From Candidatus Bathyarchaeota archaeon (GTDB taxonomy: Archaea > Thermoproteota > Bathyarchaeia > TCS64 > PIYN01), in the NCBI GenBank assembly GCA_003601775.1, contig PIYN01000001.1, forward strand, positions 27,758-91,757: a stretch of DNA of 64,000 nucleotides, read 5' to 3'. A program made the position numbers and the translations under genes. Below, one piece after another: positions 35,711-45,704 of the stretch (position 1 is its first letter; each line of letters begins with the position of its first letter). Below the pieces are notes generated by a model. That model ran no database searches. It was not told the DNA's origin and saw nothing but the letters and a program-made list of their open reading frames with translations.

Positions 35711-37069
35711 TTGCCGAAGAAGATCGCCAGGAGGATCAAGGCGAGGGACGTCTGGGTGAGGGAGCTCGCCTTAGACGACCCCAGGCTCGCCCAGGAGCTC
35801 GACTATACGAGGGACTACCTCAGGGTGAAGGCACCGGAGGGAAGCCTCTGCGTCGTCTGTAAGGGCTCCAAGCTCCTCTGCGGGAAGCCGAGGTGCCCCG
35901 TGATCACAAGGCTCCTCTCAACGGTGAGGCTCTGGAGGAGGGTGAAGGGGCTTAACATCGAGGGGACCTCCCCTCCCTCCGTCTTCGTCGGGAGGTTCGG
36001 CTACCCCTACGTCTACGCCGGCCCCCTCACACCCCCCACCTACGGGGATACCTCCATCCTCGACGAGCCCGAACGCTGGTTCGGCCGCTCCATAGAGGAG
36101 ATCATAGACTTCAGATCCCAGCTCATCAGGGGGACCTTCAAGGTCCACGTCAAGAGACCTGAGAAGGCTGGAAGGTTAATGGAGCGGACCCTCGAACTCG
36201 CCCTCTCAGAGAACTACGTGGAGACGGAGATGGAGCTGAGGAAGAGGCCCCGGAAGAACTTCTACCTCGACGGGGAGGTCCAGCCGATAGGACCGACAGC
36301 CCCCTTGAAGGACGTGGAGATCGGCTACGTTAGATGGGACCACCGGATGGAGAGGGCCTACTACGACGATGACCTGAAGGCCGCCGAGGCCGTGAGGATG
36401 ATCTATGAGCGAGGCGTGCCCGTCACGAAGATCCAGCGCGCCTTCAGCGTTGGGGCCTTCGGCCTGAAGAGGAACCGGAGGCTCGTCCCCACGAGGTGGA
36501 GCATCACCGCCGTCGACAGCATCCTCTCCCTCGACCTCATCAAGAGGGTGAAGAGGTGCCCCTGGATCAACGAGTTCGAGGTCTACGAGTCCGACTACCT
36601 GGGAAACAGGTTCGAGGTCCTCCTCGTCCCCGACGCCTGGAGCTACGAGGCCTTCGAGGCCTGGTATCCGAGGACCCTCTGGAACCCCGACGCCGAGGAC
36701 ATCGCCCTCATCACCGACTGGGAGGGCTACGGGGGTAGGTGGCGCTACGCCTCCATGGGGGGATGCTACTACGCCGGGAGGCTCGCCGTCGCCGAGCACC
36801 TGGCGGAGAGGAGGCGCCAGGCCCGGGTCTTCATCTTCCGTGAGGCCTACCCAGACTACCTCCTCCCCGTCGGCGTCTGGCAGGTGAGGGAGAACGTGAG
36901 GAACGCGATGAGGCAGAGACCCCTCAAGTTCAACACCCTCGAGGAGGCCCTGGAGAGGATCTCGAGGAGGCTCACGATAGGTCTCAAGCACTGGGTCGGG
37001 GCGAGCACCCTCCTGAGGGAGACCCTGACCCAGAGGAAGATGACCGACTTCCTACGGAGAAAGGGATGA
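35711..37069 (+). CDS. Nre-family protein (archaeal putative DNA-repair protein NreA-like)
   Basis: An N-terminal Zn-ribbon CVVCKGSKLLCGKPRCPV followed by a ~400-aa conserved body, as in archaeal Nre proteins. Confidence 0.5.
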   Translation: MPKKIARRIKARDVWVRELALDDPRLAQELDYTRDYLRVKAPEGSLCVVCKGSKLLCGKPRCPVITRLLSTVRLWRRVKGLNIEGTSPPSVFVGRFGYPYVYAGPLTPPTYGDTSILDEPERWFGRSIEEIIDFRSQLIRGTFKVHVKRPEKAGRLMERTLELALSENYVETEMELRKRPRKNFYLDGEVQPIGPTAPLKDVEIGYVRWDHRMERAYYDDDLKAAEAVRMIYERGVPVTKIQRAFSVGAFGLKRNRRLVPTRWSITAVDSILSLDLIKRVKRCPWINEFEVYESDYLGNRFEVLLVPDAWSYEAFEAWYPRTLWNPDAEDIALITDWEGYGGRWRYASMGGCYYAGRLAVAEHLAERRRQARVFIFREAYPDYLLPVGVWQVRENVRNAMRQRPLKFNTLEEALERISRRLTIGLKHWVGASTLLRETLTQRKMTDFLRRKG

Positions 37070-37093
37070 CCTCTCAGAAGCCGAACGCGGGGG

Positions 37094-37396
37094 TCAGAGG
37101 TGGACTATCTGCGCATGGGGGACCTCCCCCAGGTATAGGACAGCCTCCGGGTGGACGAGCCCAACCCTTACCGCCGCCTCAACGACCCTCTTCCCAACGA
37201 GGTTCACGATCGTCCCCATCTTAATAATCTCCAAAGCCTCCTCCACCTCCATAAGGACGCCCTTGTAAAAGGCCTCGTTAACCTTAAAGGGGACCCTCCC
37301 CCCCTTTAGGGTCCTTCCAAGAAGTTCCGCATCGCAGGCAGCGACGACGAACTCTCGGCCACGCCTGGTGGATTTTACGTAGACCCGGGCCTCCAA
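37094..37396 (-). CDS. small conserved archaeal protein (DUF424-like)
   Basis: 100 aa; the DUF424-like assignment is from recall only. Confidence 0.35.
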   Translation of the reverse strand: MEARVYVKSTRRGREFVVAACDAELLGRTLKGGRVPFKVNEAFYKGVLMEVEEALEIIKMGTIVNLVGKRVVEAAVRVGLVHPEAVLYLGEVPHAQIVHL

Positions 37397-37420
37397 GGTC
37401 TCACACCGAGCGTTCTTTCC

Positions 37421-37837
37421 CTAAAGCCTGTGGGGTATTGAGGATCTCGCACCGCAGGCCTCGCAGACGAGGAAGGCGAGCCTCTTCTCTTTCACGATCC
37501 TCGTATCCGGGCGCTTACAGACGGGGCAGATCACATACCTCTTCGTGTAAGCCTCGATCAGGTTCCTGATGGTATCTTGCCTGAAGACGCCTTGGAAGAT
37601 CGCCCTCGTCCCCTCCATGGAGGCCAGGGTCGCCATCTCCCTCGAGAGATACTTCAGGAGGTGCTTCGGATCCCTGTTAAGGGCGTCACAGATCTCCTTG
37701 AAGTTCAGGAGGATCGTCCTCTTCCCCACCTGAAAGACCTGAGGCCTCGGGACCTCGAACCTCTCATACTTCTCAACCCTACGGGGGAGGCGCCCATAGG
37801 CCCTCTCCAACATCTCCCTGTAACTCATCCCCGCCAT
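37421..37837 (-). CDS. eif2b: translation initiation factor 2 subunit beta
   Basis: 138 aa with a C-terminal Zn-ribbon (CPVCKRPDT...CEACG) and the conserved core FVLCHECG...NFKEICDALNRDPKHLLKYL, which is characteristic of aIF2-beta. Confidence 0.85.
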   Translation of the reverse strand: MAGMSYREMLERAYGRLPRRVEKYERFEVPRPQVFQVGKRTILLNFKEICDALNRDPKHLLKYLSREMATLASMEGTRAIFQGVFRQDTIRNLIEAYTKRYVICPVCKRPDTRIVKEKRLAFLVCEACGARSSIPHRL

Positions 37838-37919
37838 GACCTCTTCAATAAATCATTATCAGAACTCCCTTTTTACCTCTCCGCTTCACATTAAGCATCC
37901 AAGGGACCAGATCCCCCCA

Positions 37920-38447
37920 TCAACTCTGAGAGTCAATCGAGGAGAGGTATTCCATCAGTCTTTCAAAGCGTATATTTGCACCTATCCTGACCGATTTGAA
38001 TCCGAGGGCTCCCCAGAACCCCTCAGCTTCCTCGTTCCCAATGATGTAGTTGAGAGTTACCTCCTCTACATTCTTAGAGGCGAAGAATCGACAGAGTTCT
38101 TCAACCAAGCGCTTCCCTATCCCCCTTCTCCTGAACTCCTCTCGAACATAGAGGATTGAGATCCTCCCGATATTATTTGGCGTGTAGGTGGTCCGGTGGG
38201 AGAACTCACCATAGATGAAGCCCACGATGACTCCATCCTTCACCGCCACCAACATCCGCCCATCCTCCTTCGCGAGCATCTCCTCAGTCTCCTCCCTCAG
38301 ATGGGCCTCCCCCTCCTTTGTGATCCGCCAGACCCGAGGATTGGGCCTCTCCATGTGACGCTGAAAGAGCAATCTAAGCCTCACCAACTCCTCCACATCA
38401 GACCTTTCAGCACTCCGAATGAGCAAATCCCTCAAGACATCCACCAA
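37920..38447 (-). CDS. GNAT-family N-acetyltransferase
   Basis: Acetyl-CoA-binding motif RRRGIGKRLVEE (Q/RxxGxG/A). 175 aa. Confidence 0.7.
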   Translation of the reverse strand: MVDVLRDLLIRSAERSDVEELVRLRLLFQRHMERPNPRVWRITKEGEAHLREETEEMLAKEDGRMLVAVKDGVIVGFIYGEFSHRTTYTPNNIGRISILYVREEFRRRGIGKRLVEELCRFFASKNVEEVTLNYIIGNEEAEGFWGALGFKSVRIGANIRFERLMEYLSSIDSQS

Positions 38448-38596
38448 CCAAAACTATATCTAACACCTTTAGATCCGGACTTCCATATTTAATTCTACCT
38501 GAACCCTTCTCCTGGGAAGCCGATAAAGAGGAGATTTAGCGTCGTCGCCCCTTTTGGGGGAGGGAAGGACCTGTCCTTAGATGCCTTAGAGAGGGA

Positions 38597-39391
38597 CTAT
38601 AGGAGGGCGTCTTTTAAGGCGTGTTGGCAGTCACAGGTCCTCTCCTTCGGGATCCTGGGGATCGCCTCCATGATCAGCTTCTTGAACTTCTCGGCGTTGC
38701 TTCTCATCGTCCTGATCACTTCCTCCGTCGAGACAGGCTTCTCGGCCCAGACGTCGTAGTCCGTGACCATGGCGACCGAGACGTAGCAGAGCTCCGCCTC
38801 CCTCGCCAATACGCACTCCGGGTAGAGGGTCATCCCTATGATATCGGCGCCCCAGGACCTGAAGAGCCGTGACTCGGCCCTCGTCGAGAACCTCGGCCCC
38901 TCGATGCAGACGTAGGTCCCCCGGTCATGGACCTGGAAACCCAGCTCCTTGGTGAGTCCGATGAAGAACTCCCTGAGCTGGGGGCAGAAGGGGTCGGCGG
39001 AGGAGATGTGGCAGAGCTGCCCCCCTTCGTAGAAGGTGTCGAGCCTCTTCCTCGTCCGGTCGATGAACTGATCTGGGATGACGAAGTCCCCGGGCCTGTA
39101 GTCCTCCCTCAGGCTCCCGACGGCCGAGGAGGCTATAACCCGCTTCACTCCCAGCTCCCGCAGGGCCCAGATATTAGCCCTATAATTGACCCTGTGAGGA
39201 GGTATTGTGTGGCCCCTTCCATGGCGGGGTATGAAGGCGACCTTCACGCCCTTATAGGTCCCAAGGGAGATGAGGGAGGAGGGCGCCCCGAAGGGGGTAT
39301 AGACCTTGATCTCCTCCACCTCCTCGAAGAGGCCGGGGTCATATACCCCAGACCCGCCGATGATCCCGATCTCAGCCCTCTTCTCCATCAA
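38597..39391 (-). CDS. mtnP: 5'-methylthioadenosine/purine nucleoside phosphorylase
   Basis: N-terminal [12 protein letters not shown] with downstream PNP-family motifs. 264 aa. Confidence 0.85.
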   Translation of the reverse strand: MMEKRAEIGIIGGSGVYDPGLFEEVEEIKVYTPFGAPSSLISLGTYKGVKVAFIPRHGRGHTIPPHRVNYRANIWALRELGVKRVIASSAVGSLREDYRPGDFVIPDQFIDRTRKRLDTFYEGGQLCHISSADPFCPQLREFFIGLTKELGFQVHDRGTYVCIEGPRFSTRAESRLFRSWGADIIGMTLYPECVLAREAELCYVSVAMVTDYDVWAEKPVSTEEVIRTMRSNAEKFKKLIMEAIPRIPKERTCDCQHALKDALL

Positions 39392-39422
39392 CTCTTCACC
39401 ACATTAACGGTGGAGGGATAGT

Positions 39423-39983
39423 TTATTTGAAGGTTTTCGGACCTTCCTCCTCCCATCTCTTGACGAGCTCGTCCACCTCTGTGACCTCCGCCCCGTAGAA
39501 CTCCTCCATATATCTCAGCCCCTCCCGATACGCCTCCTCCGTGAAGGCCTCCGTCCCATCTCGGGGAACCACGATCCTGTAGCCCCTGAAGAAGGCATCA
39601 GCGGCCGTATGCCTAACACAGAGGTGCGTGTGGATCCCCGTGAGCACCAGGGTATCAACTCCCAACCCCCTCAACAGGGGGTCGAGCCCTGTCTCATAGA
39701 AGCCGCTGTAAGTCCTCTTCTCCAAGACATAGTCCCCCTCCACAGGACCGAGCTCAGGGACCACCTCCGCACCCTCCGTCCCCCTCATCGCATGCTCCCC
39801 CCACCTCCTCAACTCGAAGTCCACGGGGAGATGCGCGTCATTCAAGTAAATAACAGGGATGCCGCATCGCCTGGCCGCTGACAAGAGTTTCAAGAGGTTA
39901 GGGATTATCCTCTCCGCCCTCTCACACTGAAGCCTCCCAGAGACAAAATCCCTCAACATATCTATAACGAGCACCGCCTCCAT
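39423..39983 (-). CDS. isochorismatase-family cysteine hydrolase (nicotinamidase-like)
   Basis: Catalytic-triad context VLVIDMLRDF...TGIHTHLCVRHTA. 186 aa. Confidence 0.7.
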   Translation of the reverse strand: MEAVLVIDMLRDFVSGRLQCERAERIIPNLLKLLSAARRCGIPVIYLNDAHLPVDFELRRWGEHAMRGTEGAEVVPELGPVEGDYVLEKRTYSGFYETGLDPLLRGLGVDTLVLTGIHTHLCVRHTAADAFFRGYRIVVPRDGTEAFTEEAYREGLRYMEEFYGAEVTEVDELVKRWEEEGPKTFK

Positions 39984-40139
39984 GGCTTCTCCCCTTTAAA
40001 GGTCAGTACCCAAATTAAGAAAAATCTTTACTATGATAACTTGAGTAGGCTTCTTCTCTTTATTATCTACAACATTGGCTATAGTTTTCCTTCCTCAAAA
40101 GATAGGTTTGATGAAAGACTTCGAATAGAATGGGGAGGT

Positions 40140-40637
40140 CTATACCCCAACTTCCTTGGGCTTCTTCCCGCTCATGTAATCGATGTCGATCCTTCCTATA
40201 GTGGTTCGGCTCAGTCTCTCAGGGTTGAGTCTCTTTATTAGGGGGTCTGGGTTGTTGTCAAGTTGTCTTATTATGCATTCCATGGCGTGCTGCTTCTCCT
40301 TGGGGTCTTCTGGGAAGGTGACCCTGCCTGAGAAGTGGACGGAGGCGTAGAGGTAGTCGCCTTTGCAGGGGTCCTCTGACCTGGAGTAGCCGTAGTCCAA
40401 GAGGACCTGCCCCCAGACGAGGTTGTTCGCCTTGAGGTAGTCCATCTTCTTTCCCTCCTTGGCGCAGTGGAAGTAGATGCAGTTCTTCTCGTCGTCGTAG
40501 CCGTAGCACAGTGACACCAGATAGGGTTGATCGTTCTTGGACATGGCCAGGGTCATGTATCTCGCGGACCGCAGGATCTCCTTCAGGAGGTCCATGTCCC
40601 TGATCTCCTTATCTGCTCTCCTCATGCGATACTCCAT
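40140..40637 (-). CDS. pyridoxamine-5'-phosphate-oxidase-like FMN-binding (split-barrel) protein
   Basis: The regions YMTLAMSKNDQPYLVSLCYGYDDEKNCIYFHCAKEGKK are typical of the PNPOx-like family. Visibly lower GC and A/T-ending codons than the neighbouring genes. Confidence 0.55.
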   Translation of the reverse strand: MEYRMRRADKEIRDMDLLKEILRSARYMTLAMSKNDQPYLVSLCYGYDDEKNCIYFHCAKEGKKMDYLKANNLVWGQVLLDYGYSRSEDPCKGDYLYASVHFSGRVTFPEDPKEKQHAMECIIRQLDNNPDPLIKRLNPERLSRTTIGRIDIDYMSGKKPKEVGV

Positions 40638-40769
40638 AGTTGTTCAGATCCTCGCTTTGTTTATCACAGGTTTAAATGTTTTCGGATGCCTTGACAGTAA
40701 CTGTTCGACTGAAGGAGGTCTACGTGACGGCCACGGCGAGGTCCAAAGAAATAAGAGCCACGGGTCCCT

Positions 40770-42278
40770 GTGGATAGGGTAGAGGGAGCGTCCCATGTTG
40801 GGCTCCTGACCCCCTGGGAGGGATATGATCTGTCTAAGGATCAGTTCGTGAGGTCCAAGATCATTTGCACCATCGGCCCCTCCTCCAGCGCGCCTGAGAC
40901 CCTGAAGGCGATGATAGAGGCGGGGATGGATGTAGCCCGGATAAACCTCTCCCACGGCGACTACAAGACCCATAGGAGGATCATCAAGACCCTTCGCAGC
41001 CTGGGTGAGGTCTCAGTACTCATCGACCTCCCCGGCCCCAAGATCAGGATTGGAGAGGTGGAGGGACGAGTGATGTTGAAAGATGGAGATGAGGTCCACT
41101 TCACGACGAACCCCGTGGTCGGAGGGCAAGGAGAACTCCCCATAACCTATGAAGAGCTGCCTCGAGAGATCCGGATGGGCGGGCGCCTCTTCCTCGGTGA
41201 CGGTCTCATCGAGGTCGAGATCATATCCATCGACGAGGACCTCCGGGGCTTCCGTGGTCGCGTCATCTCCGGCGGGGAGGTGACCAGCTATCAGGGGGTG
41301 AACGTGCCAGGGGCGTCCCTCTCAGTGAGGCCGCCGACGGGGAGGGATCTGAGAGGCATCGAGTTCGGTGTCGAGGTTGGGGCTGACTGGTTCGCCATCT
41401 CCTTCGTCCGAGATCGGCGGGATGTGGAGGAGACTCGGAGGGCGATAGCGCGGGTGGGGGGAGACCAACCTCTCATCTCGAAGATAGAGCACCGCGACGC
41501 CATAGGGAATATAGACGAGATTATCGATACCTCCGATGGCATCATGGTGGCGCGCGGGGATCTCGGGGTGGAGGTGCCCCCGTGGGAGGTCCCCCTCTAC
41601 CAGAAGATGATCATCGCCAAGTGCAACGAGGCAGGGAAGCCGGTCATCGTGGCGACTCAGATGCTGGGATCGATGGTGGACAATCCTCGGCCTACGAGGG
41701 CCGAGGCGAGTGATGTAGCCAACGCCATCCTCGACGGCGCTGATGCAGTGATGCTCTCCGAGGAGACGGCTATCGGACGCTACCCCGTCGAGGCGGTCAG
41801 GGTGATGAACCGTATCAGTCTCACCGTCGAGCAGCGGGCGCCATATCGAGGGTCCATGCGGCTGGAGGAGGGCGTCCCCATAGCCGATGTCATCGGGAGC
41901 CTCGCCTCCCGGGCGGCGGAGGCAGTGGAGCCCGCAGCGATTATCGTGGTCACCCGTAGCGGCTTCAGCGCCCGCATGGTCTCCAAGCACAGACCCAGAA
42001 CGGGCATCCTTGCCGTCGCGAAGAGCCTGAAGGTCAGGAGGCGGATGCACCTCTACTGGGGCGTCGAGCCCTTGGGCGTCCCCTGGACGGATGACCGTGA
42101 CGAACTTCTCCTCAGGGCTGTGAGCGAGAGCTTGAGAAGGGGGCTTGTAGGGAGGGAAGATGTGGTGATGATAGTCTCGGGCTCGACCCTTGAGGAGCCG
42201 GGGAGGACGAGTACCCTGGAGATTCTCAGGATAGAGGACATCCTCCATAATCTTCGAGGATCCGATCAAAGAAGATAG
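40770..42278 (+). CDS. pyk: pyruvate kinase
   Basis: KIICTIGPSS, MDVARINLSHG and the MVARGDLGVE signature. The true start may lie a few codons into the track ORF. Confidence 0.85.
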   Translation: MDRVEGASHVGLLTPWEGYDLSKDQFVRSKIICTIGPSSSAPETLKAMIEAGMDVARINLSHGDYKTHRRIIKTLRSLGEVSVLIDLPGPKIRIGEVEGRVMLKDGDEVHFTTNPVVGGQGELPITYEELPREIRMGGRLFLGDGLIEVEIISIDEDLRGFRGRVISGGEVTSYQGVNVPGASLSVRPPTGRDLRGIEFGVEVGADWFAISFVRDRRDVEETRRAIARVGGDQPLISKIEHRDAIGNIDEIIDTSDGIMVARGDLGVEVPPWEVPLYQKMIIAKCNEAGKPVIVATQMLGSMVDNPRPTRAEASDVANAILDGADAVMLSEETAIGRYPVEAVRVMNRISLTVEQRAPYRGSMRLEEGVPIADVIGSLASRAAEAVEPAAIIVVTRSGFSARMVSKHRPRTGILAVAKSLKVRRRMHLYWGVEPLGVPWTDDRDELLLRAVSESLRRGLVGREDVVMIVSGSTLEEPGRTSTLEILRIEDILHNLRGSDQRR

Positions 42279-42306
42279 ATAGCTAAAGTCGAGGGGTCTC
42301 ACAGGG

Positions 42307-43773
42307 TCAGGGATGTGCTCCCATAGAGAGGGAGATGAGTATCAAGCCCCAGTAGAAGGCCGCCCCGATGAGGAGCCAGAGGGTGTGGACCCAGCTCGGC
42401 CTCAGCTCCTCGGGTAGTAGCCTTCGGGTCACGTAGGCGAGGATTGGGCAGTAGAAGGCCATGGCGAAGGCCGCGAGCCACGTCGCCATCGTCACAAGCA
42501 CCAGGGGCTTCTCGGCGATGAAGAAGGCGGCACAGGCGGGGAGGAGGGTCCCGTAGAGGAAGATGTAGTACCACTTGCTGAGGTGGATCTTCCTCGCGGC
42601 GGGGAGGTTGTAGTACAGGATATCCGCTTGTCCCCTGGCGTAGCCGTCGTAGACGCCGAAGCCCGAGTTCCAGACCTGGAGGAAGGCGACGATGTAGAAG
42701 AGTTTGGCGGCCCAGGGGCCGATGTACTTCGTGAAGACCTCCCCCATCCCCGAGATGATGGCGAGGGACTTTCCCGTCCGCTCCAGCTCCACGAGGCTTG
42801 GGTCCAGGGCGACCGCCCCCTGGGCGAGGAGGACGTAGAAGAAGGTGAGGAAGATGCTCATGGCCCAGAAGAGGATGAGGGCGTCGAAGGTGCAGTAGCG
42901 CCTCCACCCCCTCCATTTTCCCCTCTCCCCAGGGTCCTTGGGGTCAAAGGTATACCCCGCCTCGGGGATGGACTCCTCCCGGCCGAAGAGGCCCGTGATC
43001 CTCCCCACATAGGCGCCCATCCCCATCCCCCTGTCCCTGCACCAGAGGGTGTACCAGGCCTGCTGCATCCCTGAGGGTCCGGCGTAGGCGATGGCGCCCA
43101 CGACGAAGGGCATGAAGGCCTTCGTTGACATCTCAGGGTGCCAGTAGCCGAAGCTGATGAAGCCCTTCAGGACCCCGAGGATCTGCCCGGGAGTGGAGAC
43201 GGCGAGGGTGACGAGGATGACGAGGATGGAGCTGATGAGGATCGCCGCCGCCATGACCTTCTCGATCACGTTGTAGATGATGGGGCTCGCCGTCAGGATG
43301 ATGAGGATGGCGACGACGCCGAGGACGGCGAAGACCTGCCAGCTCGCCTTCCCGAAGGGCTCTCCCGTCGCGTAGCTGAGGATCTGCCCAGCCGTCCCGA
43401 TCCACCCGGGCCAGAAGTAGATGACGGGGGCGCTGAGGAAGAAGATCCAGGAGAAGAGCTTCCTGAAACCCATACGGGCGGCGGCTTGGAAGAAGCTCTC
43501 CCCAGTCGCCGTGACCCACCTGGACATCTCCATCTGGACGAAGTATTGAATAGTGAAACCGAGGAGGGCGAGCCAGAGGACACCATTTCCCCACATGACG
43601 GTCATCCGGGGCCACATGATCATCTCCCCCATCCCGATCCCCATCGCGGCGAGGACGATGCCTGGCCCTAAGATGTGACTCGCCCTGGGGGGTGGGGGGA
43701 GCTTCGCAATCCTGAGGGGCGGCCCCTCGCCTATCCTTACTCCCTTATCGTCCTCCTGACCCTCCCGAGGCAT
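42307..43773 (-). CDS. LeuT-fold/APC-superfamily membrane transporter (Nramp-like resemblance, substrate unknown)
   Basis: 488 aa, 11-12 TMs. A G-P-G containing TM1 (HILGPGIVLAAMGIGMGE) looks like a discontinuous helix. There is no clear DPGN motif, so the Nramp assignment is tentative. Confidence 0.35.
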   Translation of the reverse strand: MPREGQEDDKGVRIGEGPPLRIAKLPPPPRASHILGPGIVLAAMGIGMGEMIMWPRMTVMWGNGVLWLALLGFTIQYFVQMEMSRWVTATGESFFQAAARMGFRKLFSWIFFLSAPVIYFWPGWIGTAGQILSYATGEPFGKASWQVFAVLGVVAILIILTASPIIYNVIEKVMAAAILISSILVILVTLAVSTPGQILGVLKGFISFGYWHPEMSTKAFMPFVVGAIAYAGPSGMQQAWYTLWCRDRGMGMGAYVGRITGLFGREESIPEAGYTFDPKDPGERGKWRGWRRYCTFDALILFWAMSIFLTFFYVLLAQGAVALDPSLVELERTGKSLAIISGMGEVFTKYIGPWAAKLFYIVAFLQVWNSGFGVYDGYARGQADILYYNLPAARKIHLSKWYYIFLYGTLLPACAAFFIAEKPLVLVTMATWLAAFAMAFYCPILAYVTRRLLPEELRPSWVHTLWLLIGAAFYWGLILISLSMGAHP

Positions 43774-43870
43774 GGTTAATAACCTTCTTCTCCATTATCT
43801 TTTAAAATTTATCACCTCCCAACCGGGTATTTCTTATCCCTTTAATCTACGGCGTCCACCTCCTCTAAAT

Positions 43871-43880
43871 TATTTATATA
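43871..43880 (+). promoter_or_regulatory. TATA box upstream of tandem-paralog cassette
   Basis: aaATTTATATAg lies ~20 bp upstream of the first codon, in a strongly AT-rich spacer. Confidence 0.45.
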
Positions 43881-43898
43881 GTTTGGTTAAAATCTTCT

Positions 43899-44789
43899 TT
43901 GGGTGAGACATTGATTAAGACAAATAAGGACAAGCTTGTCGTACAAGAGGTACTAGGGAAGATCTCTCATCCTGTAATGATTCAGAGTCGGGGCTATGTG
44001 ATCACCTGGGACGGCAAACCCAAGATCGGCTTGGGAATAGGCGGAATAAAATACAACGTTAAGGTGGGCGACCCCATCTTCGGTTGGCCTGAGGCAGAGT
44101 ACCTGGAGCCTGGCGTGGCCCTAGAGGGGATCGATGATCGGGCTAAAGGAGCGCTGCTCAATCTGAGTTGCGTCGGGAACGAAGTTAAGGTGATAAGTGG
44201 GGAAGGAAAGGGCCTTAAAGGCGTAGTGACCGGGAAGGCCGGATACGCTGGGGCGCCGGCGCACGTCCTCGCACATTTCTCGGATGAGGACTTAGAGAAG
44301 CTGGCCATCGGGGACAAGGTCCGTATCAAGGCAGAGGGCGTGGGTCTAGAGATCAAAGGCTTTGAGGGCAAGGTATTCAATGTATCACCCTCCTTCCTAG
44401 AATCCCTTGATCTTGAGCTAGAGGACGGGGAACTCATAGTACCCGTTGTTAAGGAGATCCCCGCGTACGCGATGGGCTCAGGCGTTGGTGGGGGAGCAGC
44501 GATGAGCGGGCACTGGTGTATACAGACCTGCCCACCTGAATTGGTGAAGGAATTGGGCTTAGAGGATCTAAGAATCGGCGATTTAGTGGCATGTAGAGAT
44601 ATCCTCATGTTATACGGTAAAGGTTACTATAAGGGGGCCATAACAGTCGGTATCATCGCGTTCGGTGCAAGCGATCGAGGGGGACATGGAGCAGGCGTCT
44701 TCGCTATCGCCGTATCGAAGGAGGGGAAGATTCGACCGAGGATCGATCCTGAAGCAAATGTAGCGAAGTATCTAGGACTGAAGAGATGA
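43899..44789 (+). CDS. conserved hypothetical protein, paralog A of a tandem pair (possibly a DUF4438-like family, unverified)
   Basis: 296 aa, soluble, Gly-rich motifs (IGLGIGGIKYNV, AMGSGVGGGAAMSGHWC, GASDRGGHGAGV). Collinear along its whole length with the downstream gene. Lower GC than the genome. Confidence 0.45.
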   Translation: MGETLIKTNKDKLVVQEVLGKISHPVMIQSRGYVITWDGKPKIGLGIGGIKYNVKVGDPIFGWPEAEYLEPGVALEGIDDRAKGALLNLSCVGNEVKVISGEGKGLKGVVTGKAGYAGAPAHVLAHFSDEDLEKLAIGDKVRIKAEGVGLEIKGFEGKVFNVSPSFLESLDLELEDGELIVPVVKEIPAYAMGSGVGGGAAMSGHWCIQTCPPELVKELGLEDLRIGDLVACRDILMLYGKGYYKGAITVGIIAFGASDRGGHGAGVFAIAVSKEGKIRPRIDPEANVAKYLGLKR

Positions 44790-45658
44790 GGGTTATGCTG
44801 AAAACGAATAAGGACCGATTGGTCAAGATGGCGGTGATGGGGGAAGTTGTCCACCCCTCATCCAGAGGCTACACCGTTGATTTTGAGGGCAAGCCTAGGA
44901 TGGGCTTGGGAATGTCAGGTATCAAGTACAACGTCACGGTCGGCGATCTATGTTACGGGTGGGCGGAGGAGGAGCATATGGAGCCCGGCCTCAGCATAAG
45001 TAACAGGGATCCAAATGAGAATGCCGCCCTCTCAGTCTTGGCATGTATCGGTAACGAGGTAAAGGTAGTGACAGGGGAGGCGAGAGGCGCGAAGGGGTAT
45101 ATCATCGGGAAACATGGGAACTTCATGGCCTGGCTCAGAGAGGAAGATCAGGAGAAGGTCAACATAGGGGATAAAATCCAGGTGAAGGCCTGGGGGGTTG
45201 GACTTAAGATCGAGGGCTTCGATGATGTTAAGGTGAATAAACTAGACCCAGACCTCTTGGAGAGGATGGGAATCACCGTGGAGAATGGAAGACTCGTGGT
45301 GCCCGTCGTTAACGAGTTCCCCGCTTATATCATGGGCTCGGGTTATGGGATGTGGCCTGTAACCATAGACTATGACATTCAGACCACCTGCCCTGAGGTC
45401 TATGATGAGCTAGGGTTGAAGAAGCTACGTTTCGGAGACATAGTCGCATTAAAGGACCAACTAAACTGGTGGGGACGAGGGTATTACAAGGGAGCCATCA
45501 CTATAGGTGTTGTTATCCATGGTTGGAGTTCCCACGCCGGACATGGACCGGGGGTGACCACCCTTCTGAGCACGAAGTCCGACAGGATCATCACTAAGAC
45601 CGACCCGGATGCGAACATAGCCTATTACCTCGGGATAAGAGAGAAGTCCAAGAAATGA
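44786..45658 (+). CDS. conserved hypothetical protein, paralog B of tandem pair (translationally coupled to paralog A)
   Basis: 290 aa. It shares the motifs GLGMSGIKYNV, VPVVNEFPAYIMGSG and GYYKGAITIG with paralog A. The ATGA overlap at 44786-44789 indicates coupling. Confidence 0.45.
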   Translation: MRVMLKTNKDRLVKMAVMGEVVHPSSRGYTVDFEGKPRMGLGMSGIKYNVTVGDLCYGWAEEEHMEPGLSISNRDPNENAALSVLACIGNEVKVVTGEARGAKGYIIGKHGNFMAWLREEDQEKVNIGDKIQVKAWGVGLKIEGFDDVKVNKLDPDLLERMGITVENGRLVVPVVNEFPAYIMGSGYGMWPVTIDYDIQTTCPEVYDELGLKKLRFGDIVALKDQLNWWGRGYYKGAITIGVVIHGWSSHAGHGPGVTTLLSTKSDRIITKTDPDANIAYYLGIREKSKK

Positions 45659-45704
45659 ATTAAGAGACACATTCCACCAACTAACTAGGCTGGAATCCCC
45701 CCTC

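Noticed and set aside
40041-40241. 66-aa ORF in the AT-rich spacer between isochorismatase and PNPOx genes
   Set aside because: It is short, overlaps the 3' end of the PNPOx gene, and has no conservation signal or start context. It more likely reflects a promoter or terminator spacer.
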